Source: Trichinella spiralis (lineage: Eukaryota). Taken from it: a stretch of 64,000 nt of DNA. Shown here piece after piece: positions 48,846 to 63,664 of this stretch. Numbering within the stretch: position 1 is the stretch's first letter; every line of letters begins with the position of its first letter. Below the pieces are notes generated by a model, which saw only the letters and a program-made list of their open reading frames with translations, did no database searches and was not told the DNA's origin. Position numbers and translations under genes: made by a program. The DNA is taken from positions 5,417,816-5,481,815 of the forward strand of contig NW_003526944.1 of NCBI RefSeq assembly GCF_000181795.1. The letters are read 5' to 3'.

Positions 48846-51800
48846 ATGGTCGCCAACTTTGCCCGCACACTGGTCACTGTCTGTATTGGTAGTGGAATTT
48901 TGTTTTTATTTTGTATTGAAGAAAAAAAAGTGAAATTATTTTTTTTGAATTATTAAAAGTCAAAAAAAAGAAATTTTGTTTTTTTTTTCAAAAATTTCAT
49001 CAAATCGATTGTATATTTTGTATTTTTTATTTCCAGTGTTGGGTGTGAGTTCTGCACGTGGACCGTGCGTGGAGGATGAGTCGTTCTATTTCAACGTGCA
49101 GCCGAAAGGGATCACGGTCCGTGAAGGGAGCCGGGCATTTTTGGAATGCAACGTCAGTTCCGACTGCAACATGCAATTCCACTGGGTGTTGAACGACGAA
49201 ATTGTGGTGAACAACACCCGTCGCTATCAGAACGGTTCCAATTTGGTCATCACCCGAGTGAACCGTTCCCTGGACTATGGGGAATTTTTCTGCATCGCTA
49301 CCATCGCTACAACTGGCCTAGCTAAGCAAAGTCAGCCGGCTTCACTGGCCATTCTGTGTAAGTTACATACAATTACTCAATAGTATGATCGATTGAAGGG
49401 GGGGGGGGGAAATTGTCTTTCTTTCATTTTTTTGAATATTCGAATTTTGATTTCATCCATATTTCAATCAGTGAAGTCAGAAAAAACCCATTACATAACA
49501 AAAAGAAGAAGAAGAATAAGAATTTAAACATAAAATAGCATCGTCGTCATAAATAATCATAAAAGTATGAGCAAGCAGGGGCAAAGGGTGTGTATTAGGG
49601 ATTTGAAAATTAGAAAAGAAGAAAAAGTATGCAGCAGCATATTGTTTTGTTTGTTTGATTGAATGAAGAAGATTTGAGAAAGAGGCCGTAGTGCTTGGTT
49701 GGTTGGTTGGTGTGGCATATTTTCTCCAAGCAATAATATGACTGATGACCGAATGACTGGAGCGGCTTGGTTGAAAGGGCCGCCAGTCGGTTGACACTTG
49801 GCAGGCGGCGGCGATTCATTAGCGCTGGCGGCATCTTTGAAGCTTTTGAAATAAGCGAAAAATCGATCGTTTGTGTGTTTGGCTTGTTGAAGAGAAGCAG
49901 AAGAAGAAAGATGGAAGGAAGAAGAAGAAGAAATGTATGAGACCGACAGATAGACAGGCACGCCCACTTTTGAGTTGCAGTTTAATTTTCCAGACAAAAT
50001 AAAACAGTTAAAATAATAAATCAAATCAAATCAACCCCCGCCCTTGTAAAGAGACATAATAATAATTTGCATTTTTATCGGCACATTTATATGATCGTGA
50101 AAGTTGATGATTTTGATTGAATTTATCACTTGTTTGAATAATATTCTCTTCTGATAACTTTTCAACGACGTTATCTGAAATACAAAGGCGGACAGTGTTT
50201 GCTTGTCAACAATGTTGCAAAATTTTATTTAGGGGGGGGGAACCCATGTCATCCAACAAACAAAAAGCTTTTTGCTATTTTCTCTGTTTCGCATGATAGA
50301 AAACAAAATGTTTTATTTTAATACCGAAACAAACAATATTAATTGTGATAGTAGAAATTATAATAATTTTTTTTCTCTCTCTCTCTCTATTATTATTAAA
50401 GGTGTAATTTGAAAAAGTTCACCAGTTGCGAATGCGTCAAAGCGAGAAAAGTGTAATAATATCGTTTAAAAAAGTGCATTTTTGTTGAAACTAGTGCAAA
50501 ATAATGTTGGTCAATTCAATTTGAAAATGTGTATTTTTTTTTCTTTTCTTTATTACCAATTCAACAGTTCTAATGTAGTTGTACAGTTATTATTAATTTT
50601 GTTAAAATGGGGAAAGTATTTCAATTTGAATTTATTTTAATTTTCCTCTTCTTGTTACACAATTTGAACACGTTGCTTTAAAGATTAATCGACAACAATT
50701 GTAATTGATAAATGAGAATTTTTACTTTAATAATAATCATTGTTCAGTGTGATGATGATGATGATTAAGAGGAGAGGAAATGTGAATTTTTGATGTCGAT
50801 CAAAAATTTCTTTTTTTTCTTTTGGCATATGTCACCAGTTCGTCAGTCAGTCGTTTACTAAAACTAGCCGCATAAAGCCGGCAGACAAGCAAGCAAACAA
50901 GCCTGCTGCTAACTTTGATGGGAGGAAAAAATCCATTTTGACCCTCGGGTGAAGTTTTGCGCTTTTTCTTTTCTTCACGTAACAACCGAAACATCGGCGC
51001 TTTTTGAAGGGGAAAATTTATTTAAACAAATGATCTCATACAAATCGTATAAGTTGGCTCGTAAAAAAACAAAGAGCAGAAAATTTTTTTTTAATTTTGC
51101 AATAATTTTATCTGTTTGTCCATTTTTGCTTGCTTGCTGCTGCTGATAATAAAAGATAATGCGTTGAAACATTTCAATAATTTTTTTTTAATTTGAAATT
51201 TTTAGTTTTACTGTAGATTGTATCATTTGGAAAAAAAATATATGTAACTGATATTATTGTAATTGTTTTTCTTATTTCTGAACGTTGCAAATGACGAAAA
51301 ATAAGTTCACCTCTATCTTTTGTTCAGAAGATAATATTTTTTCCAATGTTAAAACTCTGTATTGTTTTTATCATTCAAATCAACCGTATATATCAGATTG
51401 ACTATAAATGCATATGTATGTATATATCTATAATCTAGCCTGATTGTACTTATGAAAATAAATATTTGCATTTTTAAAGGGCTGAAAGAAAACGTATCAG
51501 TGACCGCGCTGTCGTCGGCTGAGATGAGGGGCGAGTTGCAACTGCGTTGCGATGCCGAAGGATACGATGAACCGTTGTACCGTTGGTATCACAACGGTCA
51601 TCGTCTCAGGCGTTCGGAAAGGGTGACTTGGCGAGGTCGACGATTGACCGTCCACGCTGTCACTGTCCACGATAACGGAGTTTACAGTTGCGAAGCGGAA
51701 AATTCCGCCGGCATCGTTCGCAGTTTCGAAGACTACGTCCTTTCACTGCCAGGTAAAAGAAAAGCAGGAACAATTGTTTTTTTTTATTCGTTTTTCCAAT

Positions 51801-54800
51801 GTATACAAAAAACATTACAGTACGTTGAAGATTTCGGAAATCAGCTTTATCAATTGATAAGTTTGAAAAATTCATCTGACAAAAACAAAAAAGATGAAAA
51901 AACAAGTTTTTAACGGATTAAGAAAATTAATTTAATGAAAATAACCCTTTTTTTCATAATTTACAACGTAATCATCGTTTTGCAAATTTACAAAACAGTA
52001 GTGTGAAATCAGTAGTTATTTTCTGTACAAATTGTCATTTCACAGAAAAAGTGTAATGCATGTGAATGTTTCTTTGAAAAATGGCTATAATTTTGTGCGG
52101 GTTTAATTTTTTTTAAATTATTTTCTAAGAAAATTGTAATACAGTTTTTTGTCATTTTTAATTTTTTTTACTGCTTGCTGCTTTTGCTGCCGATCGATGA
52201 TGGTGATGACCAAGTGTGATAAGAGTGAAAGATGTAGGTTGTAAATTTTTTGTTTCAAGAAAAAAAAAAGAATTGTTATTCAGAAAAATAATATTATAAT
52301 ATACTTGTTGTTGTGTGTTCGGTTGATAAAAGAGGGAAAATTGATGCAACGTCGTCAATAGTGGAACTTAATTATCCAATAATTCATTTTTCAATTGGAG
52401 CCGGGTGAATTTTCATTCGTCTGTCTGTCTGAAAGAAAAAATTATGGCATTTTTATTTTTCAAACTTTCGACATCAGTGAATTCGTCTGTGGAATAATAT
52501 TAATAGAATTTTTTAAAGTGTTCGTGGTTGTTGTTGTTTTCTGCTTATTTCTTTTCCACTGTTAAGCTAATATATACATATATATCCTAAACCTGTCAAC
52601 AGCACCAACAACACATCTGCTTGTTGCAATACGTGGTGAGTCGGTGGGTGTGTTTTGGTTGAATTTTCGTTTTTATTTATGATTTTTTCCCCAAGCTATA
52701 AATTGCCCATAGCAGAAGCAGCTAAAGTCGGCTTAATGATTGAAAAGAAATGATTAATCGGCTAGAAAGGTCGGCAAGCATTCATCTTTGTCCACGGCAC
52801 CAGATGGTGTCGGCTAGATGGAACTGAAAGAAAAAGATCATCATGACTGGTGGATTAAAATAAACGATTTGTTGTCTCTTCAGTGGGTGTGCCAGTGTGT
52901 GCATGTGTTTGTATATGCGTGCGCATGTGTGCTCGTTTGTCATAGAATGATATGTGAATTTTTTCTTTTTGTTAATTATTTGAGCAGTGATAACGAACCA
53001 CCTATAAAAAAAAATTTTTTTTTTTCGAATTATCGGTGAAAAACTGGCACACTATTTTGAATTGTTAAAACTGTTTTTGAAAGGAAACAAAACTAGAAAT
53101 TAAACAATTTCACTGGTATTATTATTCATTGAAACATCTTAATTGTCACAGTGTAAAATTTATGACGTAAAATCTCTACCAATATACAGTACATGCAAAA
53201 CTTATATTTCTTGAAATATTATTTTAAAACGATATATTATTTTGGCCGATTGGTTGGTAAACAATGATACTGTGTAGGTATTTAATATAATTGTGCTGCT
53301 TTATAGATTTATTTGAATTCAGTCGAGATATTGAATGAGTTATTTCTTCAGGAGCTGTGCCAAAAATTGTCACTGTTCCACAAAACATTATTGCTCCAGT
53401 TGGTTGGTCAGCTTTGTTTGATTGCGCTTATGACGGAGCGGAGAAATTATATTGGAAAGCTGGCAATTATCCAGATTTACTTATTGGCACAGATTCTTCT
53501 CAGAGGTAACTTTTTTTTGTTACAAAATCTTTACAAATCAATGTTTTCAAATGTTTTTATTTTTCAGTTTTGTTTTGTCTATTGATTGTTCAATTTTTTT
53601 TAGAATTTATCAGTTAGCTAATAATAGTTTGTTGATCACCAGTGTGCTAGCCAGCGATGAAGGAAATTACGAATGTGTCGGAGAGGCCAATATTAAGTCA
53701 TCTTTGCCGAAAAAGCAAAGCTACAGCGCTCATTTAGCTATGCCGAGTAAGTAGCTTTTGATCTGGTATTTTTTTAATGGCAAATATAACAGTTGGGAAG
53801 ATGGTTTTTGAATGATGACTAATTTGAATAAATAAATAATTACATTTTCAAATTAAGTGAGGTTCTCAACAGTGGCGAGAATTTTTTCTTCACTTTTGCA
53901 AGAGCAATTGAAAAATTAATTATTCAAATAATTTTAAATATTGTAATAATTTTGAAGCATTGGGTCTTTTTCGTGGTACAAATTTCGAACCGGTGCGTGA
54001 TATTTACGTGGTCGGCCAAGGTAAAAGATTCGAAATTGCCTGCGTGCCACCCAGCGGTAGACCGATGCCAAAAATTCACTGGACTCGAAATGGTCAACGG
54101 GTTTCTGATGTTGGGCGTGTTCGTTCAAGTGACGATTATTCGTTGGTCATTGATTCGGCTCGTCTGAGCGACAAGGGCGAGTACGATTGTGTGGCGGAAA
54201 ATATGGCTGGAGTTCAAAAAGGCAAAATCTACGTTCACGTTTCTAGTGAGAGTTTTCTTAATTGTTTGTTTGTTTGTTTGTTTGTTTTATTTGTTTTTTT
54301 AGAACCGCCGGTAATTGAACGACACCCGTCGTCTTTAGAAGTGGAAGAAGGTTCAGAGGCTAGACTGGATTGTAGTTATCGCGGTAATGAGTACCCTGTG
54401 ACGGTGGTCGATTGGGAGAAAGATCAGTCGGTCATTTCGGTAAGTTATCTCCAAGTGCAATATAATGTTAGTCCCAATATGTTGAAATGTATGTATGTTT
54501 GTTGGTTTGTTTCATTTATTTGTCAAGCCTGTTCGACCTCGGTTAGCCACGGTTAGACGTAAGCAGTTTCCTGACAACGGCACGTTGCTGATCTATTCAG
54601 TTAGCATGGCCGACTCAGGAGAATACACCTGCGTGGTGAAGACTTTGGAACAGCATCCGGTCTATTCGCAGCCGGCTATACTTCGCGTTTTGGAACGCTT
54701 GAAGTTCTCCCCAAGACCTGTGGACCGAAAATTGGAGTTGAACAGCGACGTGCAGATCCCTTGCCGGGCGGTGGGCCACGCCCCGACCAAAGTGAAATGG

Positions 54801-57062
54801 CTGCGTCTGTCCCGTCTCTCCACTGACGGTACGGAAACTCAATATCAGCAGCCGTTGACCAACTTGTCGCCGCACATTCGAGATAAAGATGGTATGCTTT
54901 ATTTTCACAACGCCCAGTTCGACGATGCTGGCTATTACATGTGCGTGGCGGTCAGTTCGCAGGGTGTGATAAACGTCACAATCAAGATTGAAGTTGTTGG
55001 TAAAAAAAAGTTTATCTGTTTCATTATTATTATTATTATTATATTTTTATTATTTTCGCAGTTGCTCCCATATTTGACCTTGTTCCAAACAATGTCACTG
55101 TTGAAGAAGAACAAAACGTCTGGTTACACTGTGCAGTTCGTGGCACCCCTTCACCTACTGTAAGGTGGTACTTTGAAGGCACTCCAGACAGCGAATGGTT
55201 CGAACGAAAATTGAATGAATTTTATTTATTTTATTTGTCTTTTATGTTAATTTTATTAAGGACCTTTGCGCATCGTAAATATTCAAATAATACCTTACTT
55301 TTGATAAAGCCGACCGTAGAACAAGCTGGCAAGTACAATTGCATGGCTGGTAATAAGGGTGGTTTCAAACGCCACGAAGCGTTGATTTGTATTCGATGTG
55401 AGTGTTTTTTATTCTGTTTTGCTTTGATTATTGTGTTTTAATTGTTGTTTTCTTATCTTCTTCTTCTTCTTCTTTTGATTTCAGTGAAATTGAGCAATAT
55501 TTCACACTGTGGTCGACATATAGGTTTGCAGAGATCGTTTTCTGATATTGATTCGGCGGAATTGATGAAAAATGAAAGAAATGGGATGACGTTGGCGACC
55601 ACCGGCATTGCTTGCGGTGCCGCAGCTGGTTACATTTTGTTGGTGGTGTTTTTAGTCTCGTATTGCGGTTACAGAAGACGCCGAGGCAGGCTTATTAAAG
55701 CCAACCAGGGGCAGTCGACCACACCGTTGCAAGTGCAAATCGTCGAACAGCACCTTGCCGGCAAAGGAGCCGTGTGTTCGAGCTTGACCACTTCTGCTCA
55801 CAGCGGCGGAGAGTTGTTGCTGAAAGGAGGAAATTATTCTAGCAATGGTTCCACGACCAGCCAGCCCGTCAGGGCGACACTGAGCTCATCTAAGCGAGCC
55901 CGGTTTGTCAACACATTCAAGCATTTGCAATTTCCACGCGAACAGTTGCGTTATCGAAGCACTCTCGGCTCGGGCGTTTACGGTGAAGTGTATCTGATGT
56001 TCAAGACTGAAAATCAACCACAAGAGCAACAACAACAAGAACAAGAACAACAGCCCAATGACGGTGTGTTCGACAATGCAACAGCGACAACGACAACTGC
56101 TACTACTACTACTACTACTACAGTAGTGGTGAAAAGCTTGCTTACAAAAGAAGAATGGGTCCAGGCGGAATTTATGCAAGAATTGGAATTGTACGCAAGA
56201 TGTGATCATCCGAATGTTGCCAAATTGCTCGGCGTTTGTGCGTCTGCGGAACCAATTTTAGTCATATTCGACTATTTGGATTACGTACGTATTCGAGCAA
56301 AAATTGTTGTTTCGATTTGCTTATTCGTCGTCGCGACTGTATTTTCAGGGAAATTTGAAACATTATTTGCAAGCATCTCGTCATTACAAATCTCCGGTTT
56401 CTTTGTCGCAAGCATCCTATCCACCACCGTTGACAAGAAGTCAGATTTTTAGCATTGTTTATCAGGTGATGATGATAATTTTCCATTTTCAAATTAAAAT
56501 TCCAAGTAGAGAAAATGTCATTTTTTTTATTGATATTTTCTTCTTGTTGCAGGTTGCTGAAGCGATGCAGCACATCAGCGACCGTCGTTTTGTTCACAAA
56601 GATCTCGCGGCCAGGAATGTGCTTTTATCATCCAAATATTTCGTCAAAGTGACCCACTTGAGTTTGAGCAACGATCAATTTTTAGCCGAATATTACACTT
56701 ACCGTAATTTGGTGCTTCCGTTGAGATGGATGCCGGACGAAGCGCTGTTCGACGATGATTGGTCGGTGAAAAGCGACGTCTGGTCGTTTGGAGTTTTCAT
56801 ATGGGAACTGTTGACGATGGGCGAGTTGCCCTACCAATCGTGCAGCAATGACGATGTGATCGAATATTTGAAATGTCGCCAGTTGAAATTAACTTTACCT
56901 GGAGGTCCTGTTCCGTCGATTTTGAGGAAATTGATCGCCGACTGTATGGCTGTGAATCCAAAAGACCGACCGTTGTTCAGTGAAATACGAGAACGTCTTG
57001 CAATGTTATCATTGTCATCATCGTCATCATCGTTCGTTGAACAAGAAACTGAATTGAATTGA
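48846..57062 (+). CDS. PTK7: PTK7/off-track (CCK4) receptor tyrosine pseudokinase with ~7 Ig domains, TM and kinase
   Basis: Signal-peptide exon at 48846; Ig exons at ~49038, 51480, 53352, 53958, 54303, 54528 and 55062; LKFSPRPVDRKLEL; TM GIACGAAAGYILLVVFLVSYC; kinase HKDLAARN, VKVTHLSLSND in place of DFG, PLRWMP, SDVWSFGV. Confidence 0.93.
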
Positions 57063-59402
57063 AAAATTTATTGAGGAATTTAAAAAAAAAAGAAAAAATC
57101 AGTCATTTATTCATTATCTACCAATCTCTCTCTCTCTCTACATGCGAATGGAATACGCATATATTTGCATCTCTCACCGTTTTTTCTCTTTATTTAAAAA
57201 TGCCAAAAGTTAATCAATCAATTTCATCACGTAACAGAATTATCGCTCATTTTTTTGTTTGCTTCTTGTTTGTTTGTTTTTTGTTTGTTCGTTACACAAA
57301 CAATTATTATAACAATAAGCTTCTTGCATGGAAAATTTATTCTGTTGTTTTCTCTTTTTGTCGTCCTGTATCGAAAGTTGTTTCAAAAAACTCTTATGGT
57401 CTCTGTTGTCAACTGCTGCTACGGCTGTTGGTAGCTGTTTTGTTATTATTTTATTCAAGCCTGTTTATTTTTTTTTAATATGAAATTATGATTACGTGAT
57501 TGATTGCTATTTTTTCATCTGTTTTTTCCTATTTGGTTTTTTGTACTTGTTCACATTTCCTCGCAAAAGCTATTTGTTGTTCGTTCAAATGCTTCAATCA
57601 ATGCTGTGCCATTTTTTTAAAAGTATTTTTAATTTGAATATTCTGCTGTTGAACGTTTGTACCTTTTTTTTATTCTATGTTCTTTCTTTTTGTGCTGGTT
57701 CTTTGATGTTTATCACTTAACTCTGGAAGAGTGTAAATTTGTTGTTCACTTTTGTTAATACAGTGCTTTCCTTGCATATATACAATTGCTTTTGATCATG
57801 TTATTACATTTATTGCACATGCTGTATTTGAAATTTTTTTTTCCATGACACTGCAACACGTTGATGATTTTTATTTAACTGCTTTCCAAATTTGAACTTT
57901 TTTTTTCATTTTTTCTTGCCTCGGTTTTTGCTTAAATGGAAAAACAGTCACTGCTGCTACTTTATTATTATTATTATTGTTGTTGTTATTATTTATGATG
58001 ATTTTTCACTTTTAGAGACTAGACTATTTTTTTTTCTTCTGCATCTTCGAAAGTACTTTATAAAATAAGTTTTTGCTGTGTAATAATGTGCTTTTTTTCA
58101 ACTGTTTCGGTTGACAAACAATAAATAAATAAAACACTGGGTCCTGATTTGTTGACATTTCAGTTATAATTTTGAAAGAAGTATTGCCAATTTGTCTGCG
58201 TAAATATGTTGGACATACAACAACAATATTGTTCTGTAAAATATATATTGAAAAGTGACCAGTGAAAAAAATATGTTAAATTTGAATAGCAGCGTAAATT
58301 TTGTGATGTAATTTTTTTGTAATTTGTAAATTTTTTGCTAATTTTGTAAATTCGCATTATTTGAAATCTGCAATTGTTCACTGTCATATTTTAAAATGTA
58401 GTATATTATTGATTTTCTCAATATTTTACAATAAATGCACTGTTTTCTATTAGAAATTCTGTCCTTAACGTCTATCTAGTGTAAAACTGTAAACATAAGA
58501 TAACTGTACTAAAATGAAATGTAAATAAAATTGCAATAAAACCACTGGTCAGATTGTAACAAATTGTCCGTATTTTTCAAAAAAAGCGTAAAGTTTCTCT
58601 AAAAGTCAATCATGAAAAATGTAATTGATTTTATCAGCATTTGCTGCCCTCAGTGAGTCAATGTATCATATTTTCATAACAGTCTCATATATTGCACTTT
58701 ATATTATTATAGCAAAATTTCGCTGAAATGAACAAGCAAAAACCAGAAAAATTAAAATTATATGAAAGTAATTTGTAGCATTCATTATATGACAAAAGTA
58801 AGCCACAATTCGGCAACAACAAACAGTAAACGTTGCATAAATTTATCTCAAAGCCCATATACAGTACTACGTTTAGATATAAAGGTTCAAATAAAAAAAT
58901 GTTTGCAAAAAACATTTCAAAATTTTAATTTTAATTTTTGCTTCAGTATACCGTCTGTTAAAAATATATTTACAAGATTAATTCAACTTAATTAATGAAT
59001 TTTGTTGTTTAAGATTAAGACTACGAATTTCATTGTAAAAATAAATTTAAAAGTATATTAATAACATAAAAAATGATTTAAATTGTAAAAAAAAGTCCTT
59101 TTTAAATTGTACATGGAATTACTCATAAATATGAAATGAGCGTTAATTACTTTTTTGATAATCGCAGTCGTTTAAAAAATAACTGAACTAAAAATAATGC
59201 TAAAAAATAAATCTTATAATGTTAAAAGATAACTAATTTGATCATTTATTTAATATAAAATATTAAAACAACCTCAAAAAATTTGAAGTTGCGAAATGTA
59301 AAAAAATACAGTACTGAATGTCATTACTACCTGCGTTATATATAATTAAATGTATTGTTGAGTTGACGTTGGTAGTAGTAGTTTGCCTTAACTGTTTGAA
59401 CC

Positions 59403-62400
59403 ATGACTACAAAAATGACGCCAGCTAACATGTATCGCGTCGGAGGTGAGCAGTTTTTACGTGTGAAAATAAGTTATAGAGTTAAAAAAGGCTGAATTGC
59501 GGTGCTTTATTATAGACTACGTTTACTTTGAAGCGCACTCCGGCGCCCCGTTGCACATTCGACGAATTGACGAACTCAGCAAAGTAACACGACCGTGGAT
59601 GAATTTTAGTGTTTTAAACTTTTTACCATTATGTTTTTTTAATTTTTAGACGCCTGCTGGAAATGTGGAAGCTCGAGTTCTTGTTTATTGTAGACGTCGG
59701 GATTTGCCGGAAAAATTGCTTCGTTCGCTGACTATGTGCAGTCAGAATAGTGGTATGTCCATTTTGACAAATATATTTTCAGCCAGAAATTAATTTACAA
59801 CTTTTATTTTTTAAATGCTTCATGACTTATTTATTTTTAAGCGTTTAAAAAGTATGAATTATGTTTTTCAACTTTATTTTTTATTTCGTTCATTATATTT
59901 TAGCTTTGCATTGTTGTCTTGATCTCGTGTTATTGTTATGTATTTGTTTTTTTTAAATAATTTTGCTAATTGATTTATGGTAAAATTCTCTCTCAGTTTT
60001 AAATATTATTATTATAGATTAATTTTTTTATTGTTTTTATTTAAGCAAAACAGAGTTCTAAAAGTGCTGATATTGGACAACCGCAAGAGATTGATACCAC
60101 TACTGCTGCTGCTAGCACTGATAGTGCTGCGGTTGATATTACTACTGATACTGCTGCTACTGTTTCTACTGTTGCTGATGCAGCTGAACCTGTGAATGTC
60201 GAAGCTGAAGGGAAAGAAGGAGAATTGATGACGGTCGAATTAAATCCAGCAACAACCGACGCCAATGTTACTTCTACTTTGGATACAGGCGTTGCAGAAA
60301 CCGCCACTGAAGAACTGAAGAAGGAACCAATTCCCGATGTACCGATTGCGGCTATTGCTGGTCAGGATATTCTCAGTGATGAAGAAAAGCACATGCTTGT
60401 TCATCGAGAATTATTTTTGACTAGACAATTTGAAACACTTCCTGCGACGCACATCCGCGGCAAATGTACGGTTTCTTTGCTCAGCGAAGTTGAAAACGCG
60501 CACACATACTTAAATAAAGAAGTACGTTTGTCATTTCAAATTATAGTTCATTTTTCTCATTATTCTTCTTTTGAACTGTCGAAATGTATTAACAGAAGTA
60601 TCTCGCAAACACATATTTCAGAAGTGAATTTATTAAATGAATTTGTTCATAGGTAAATGAATGAATTAATGAATTATAATGAAAGTAGTTTCAGAGAGTA
60701 ATTCAAATTATTGTTTTATCAATTGTAGTGTTTGCTTAGTTGGTATGCTTAGTAGTAGGTATAAATTAATTGGTGTTGATAAGATGTCTGCGTGTTGTTG
60801 TGCATGATTTTTCGACTAATAATGGTTGAATGATTGAAAATTTTTAGGATGCATTTTATTATTCGCTGATTTACGATTCACAGCACAAAACTGTCCTAGC
60901 AGACAAGGGTGAAATTCGGGTTGGTCCTGAATTTCAAGCTGATGTTCCCGATAAAATGGACGACAATGACAATATGGCCGATGAGCCTGAACGTGAAGTG
61001 TTGTTGTACAATGGACTTAATGGGCTGTCGGATGCTCAAATTGATCAGTATTTGGTGGTCGCCAAAGCCGTGGGAACGTTCGCCCGTGCGGTGGACATCA
61101 GCAGCACTGTGAAGATACCGAATTTGCATATGAGCGCCGCTGCTGCTTCGCGCGACGTTACGACGATGCAAGCGTTGAGCATACTGCACAAGGCGAACTA
61201 TGACATTGGCAAGGCAGTGTGTATGATGGTACCTCCGGCGAATCGTGATTCGTCGTCATTCATCGATGAAAACGGGACCGGCATGAATACAATCAGCGTT
61301 GGAGGGCCTCTGATTAGCCGTGACCAGTTGGAAGAGTGGTCTGCATCGGAAGCGAATTTATTTGAAGAAGCTTTGGAAAAATATGGAAAAGATTTTTCTG
61401 ACATTCGCCATGATTTTGTATATTACTTTTTTAAAATTGCTTTTATAGTTGTTTATAAAATTGTTTTTCTTAGCTTCCGTGGAAACAATTGTCCGATATT
61501 ATTGAATATTATTACATGTACAAAACTACGGATCGTTATGTGCAGCAAAGACGCGCCAAAGCGGCTGAAGCGGAAACTCGATTGAAGCAAGTTTACATAC
61601 CTGCGTATACAAAAGTCAGTCCAAATGTGATTGCCACATCCGCAGGCTCGCAGCCATCGTTTACTTGTGAAAGCTGTGAAAGTAAACGTTTTCTTTCGGC
61701 TAAATTCTCGATCACATTCTTATAAATTTAATCATATACTATTTTGTTTTAATTTCTTTTAAGCCCAGAGATCCGAACAATGGTACGCGTGGGGTCCGCC
61801 TGCTGTGTCGCAGATGAGACTTTGCAAAGATTGTTGGTCTTACTGGAAACGATACGGTGGACTGAAACGCAAGCATCAATTTGGTATTATTCTTCGGAAT
61901 GATAGTTTAATTTTTTAGCACTAATAAAAAATATGGCATACATATGTTTTACTTTGTATTTAATAGAAATTTTTGACAAAGAATTTGCAGTGGATACTTC
62001 AGACTCTAATGTGCGTGATAGCCAAGGTGAATATTTTCAGATATTTGTTTTTGTACTCTTGTATTATAGATCGATTGGAGTTTTATATATATATACATTG
62101 AAAACATCATTTCCTCCTCCTATGAAGCAGTTTTTAATTATTTTACTATTATTTTTCAGATGCTACAGGCGAAGGTGGACGTCAAATGCGTTGCGCAGTT
62201 GTAAACTGTAATCGTAGTTTTGCGAATATACAACTGCTCAATCAGCACTTGCGTCGTGATCACAGTGTTGGTTATTCAACGTCTGCCAACGGTCTCGGTC
62301 ATGTACCGAATTCGGCTGGCATCAGACTTATCAGCGGCGCCCATTCGACCAAGGTGCCCGTTAGTCAGCCACGACCACGCACATCGATTTATATGCAGAC

Positions 62401-63664
62401 ATCGTTGTGGTGTCGTGTTGCCAGACGTATGGCACCGAAAAATTTGTTCAACATTCGCCATTTTGCTCGTCATCCATGCGAACCGATTAATGCTAATGCA
62501 ATTGCTGTAATCATAACAATTATTATTATTATTATTATTATTATTAGAATTGAATTTGTATATATATATTTTTTTAATTTCATTTATTACAGGCAAATTG
62601 TCAAGCGCAACATCTGACCAAAGTTCAGCTAGTGGCAGCGCAGTTGATTCACAGTTCGCAGTTGTTGGCCTCAAAACGTTAGTGTGATGTTTTGTCTGCT
62701 TGATAACGCCTTGTAGCTTCTTTCGTGTGTGCGTGTTCAGTTTCTGTTTTTGTAGCGTGTGCTGTTAAGGTTTTCTTATTTTTTTATTTTTACCATAACA
62801 ACTGTTATTTGCGTGTGTGATGATGATGCTGATGCTGATGCTGATATTGCTGCTGATGAGCATAGTAGTAATAATAATAATAATAATAATAGTGTAATAA
62901 TGATCGTATTTCTTCCATAACCTATCAACAACCAACCGATTTTGCTTTATTTTGTAACATATGATAATTTTCAACATTATGTACAATATGTTTATGTTAT
63001 ATTCAGTCGTGGAGTCGTGGAAACTTGGTGATGCGTGCAGTAAATTAAAAATGGCATTGTTTAATTCCTTTTTTCTTTTGTTGTTCAGCCTTGCAATGGG
63101 AAGTTGTTTTAAATTTTGTTATTAGCTGTGTGTTTTGCATAAATCATACGCTACTTTAGATTTTGTTTGTATTTGAAATGCAACTGTTTTTCTTTGGGAA
63201 AAACATCAGAGCATGTTGCAACTAACCTATCTTTTTGGCTGTTTGTTTATTTATTTATCTATATGTATACTTAAACAAAAATGTGTATGTAAATTTTTTT
63301 ATACATGTAATATTGTGCTTAATAACCACTTGGTTGAGTTCACCACACGTGAACAATTTCAGGATCGTAGTTGACAAATTGCTTGTGCTTTGGTCATGTA
63401 TTTATTTATTAATTAGTGGGATTTTTTTTGCAATAGTCTTTTTAAAATGTTTGAAGAAAAAGAATGTTTGATGTTTGTAACGCGTTGCGCTTGTGCTTGT
63501 GTTTAATGCGACTGAATATTGTTTTTAAATATGAAGAATTATTATTCATTTCAGCCCCTCGGTCGGTGACGCCTGCCGCGCAAAGGGGCAAGAATCGTCA
63601 TAGATATGCCGAACAGAAGCCTGTCAAGCGCAACATTGGAGTGGAAATTTTAGCACATGCAACA
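59403..63664 (+). CDS. MTA1: Metastasis-associated protein MTA (NuRD subunit; BAH-ELM2-SANT-GATA); 3' end probably beyond the window
   Basis: [106 protein letters not shown]. Confidence 0.95.

Noticed and set aside
57059..57720. Hydrophobic ORFs downstream of PTK7
   Set aside because: T-rich 3'UTR-like sequence giving Phe/Leu-rich spurious translations
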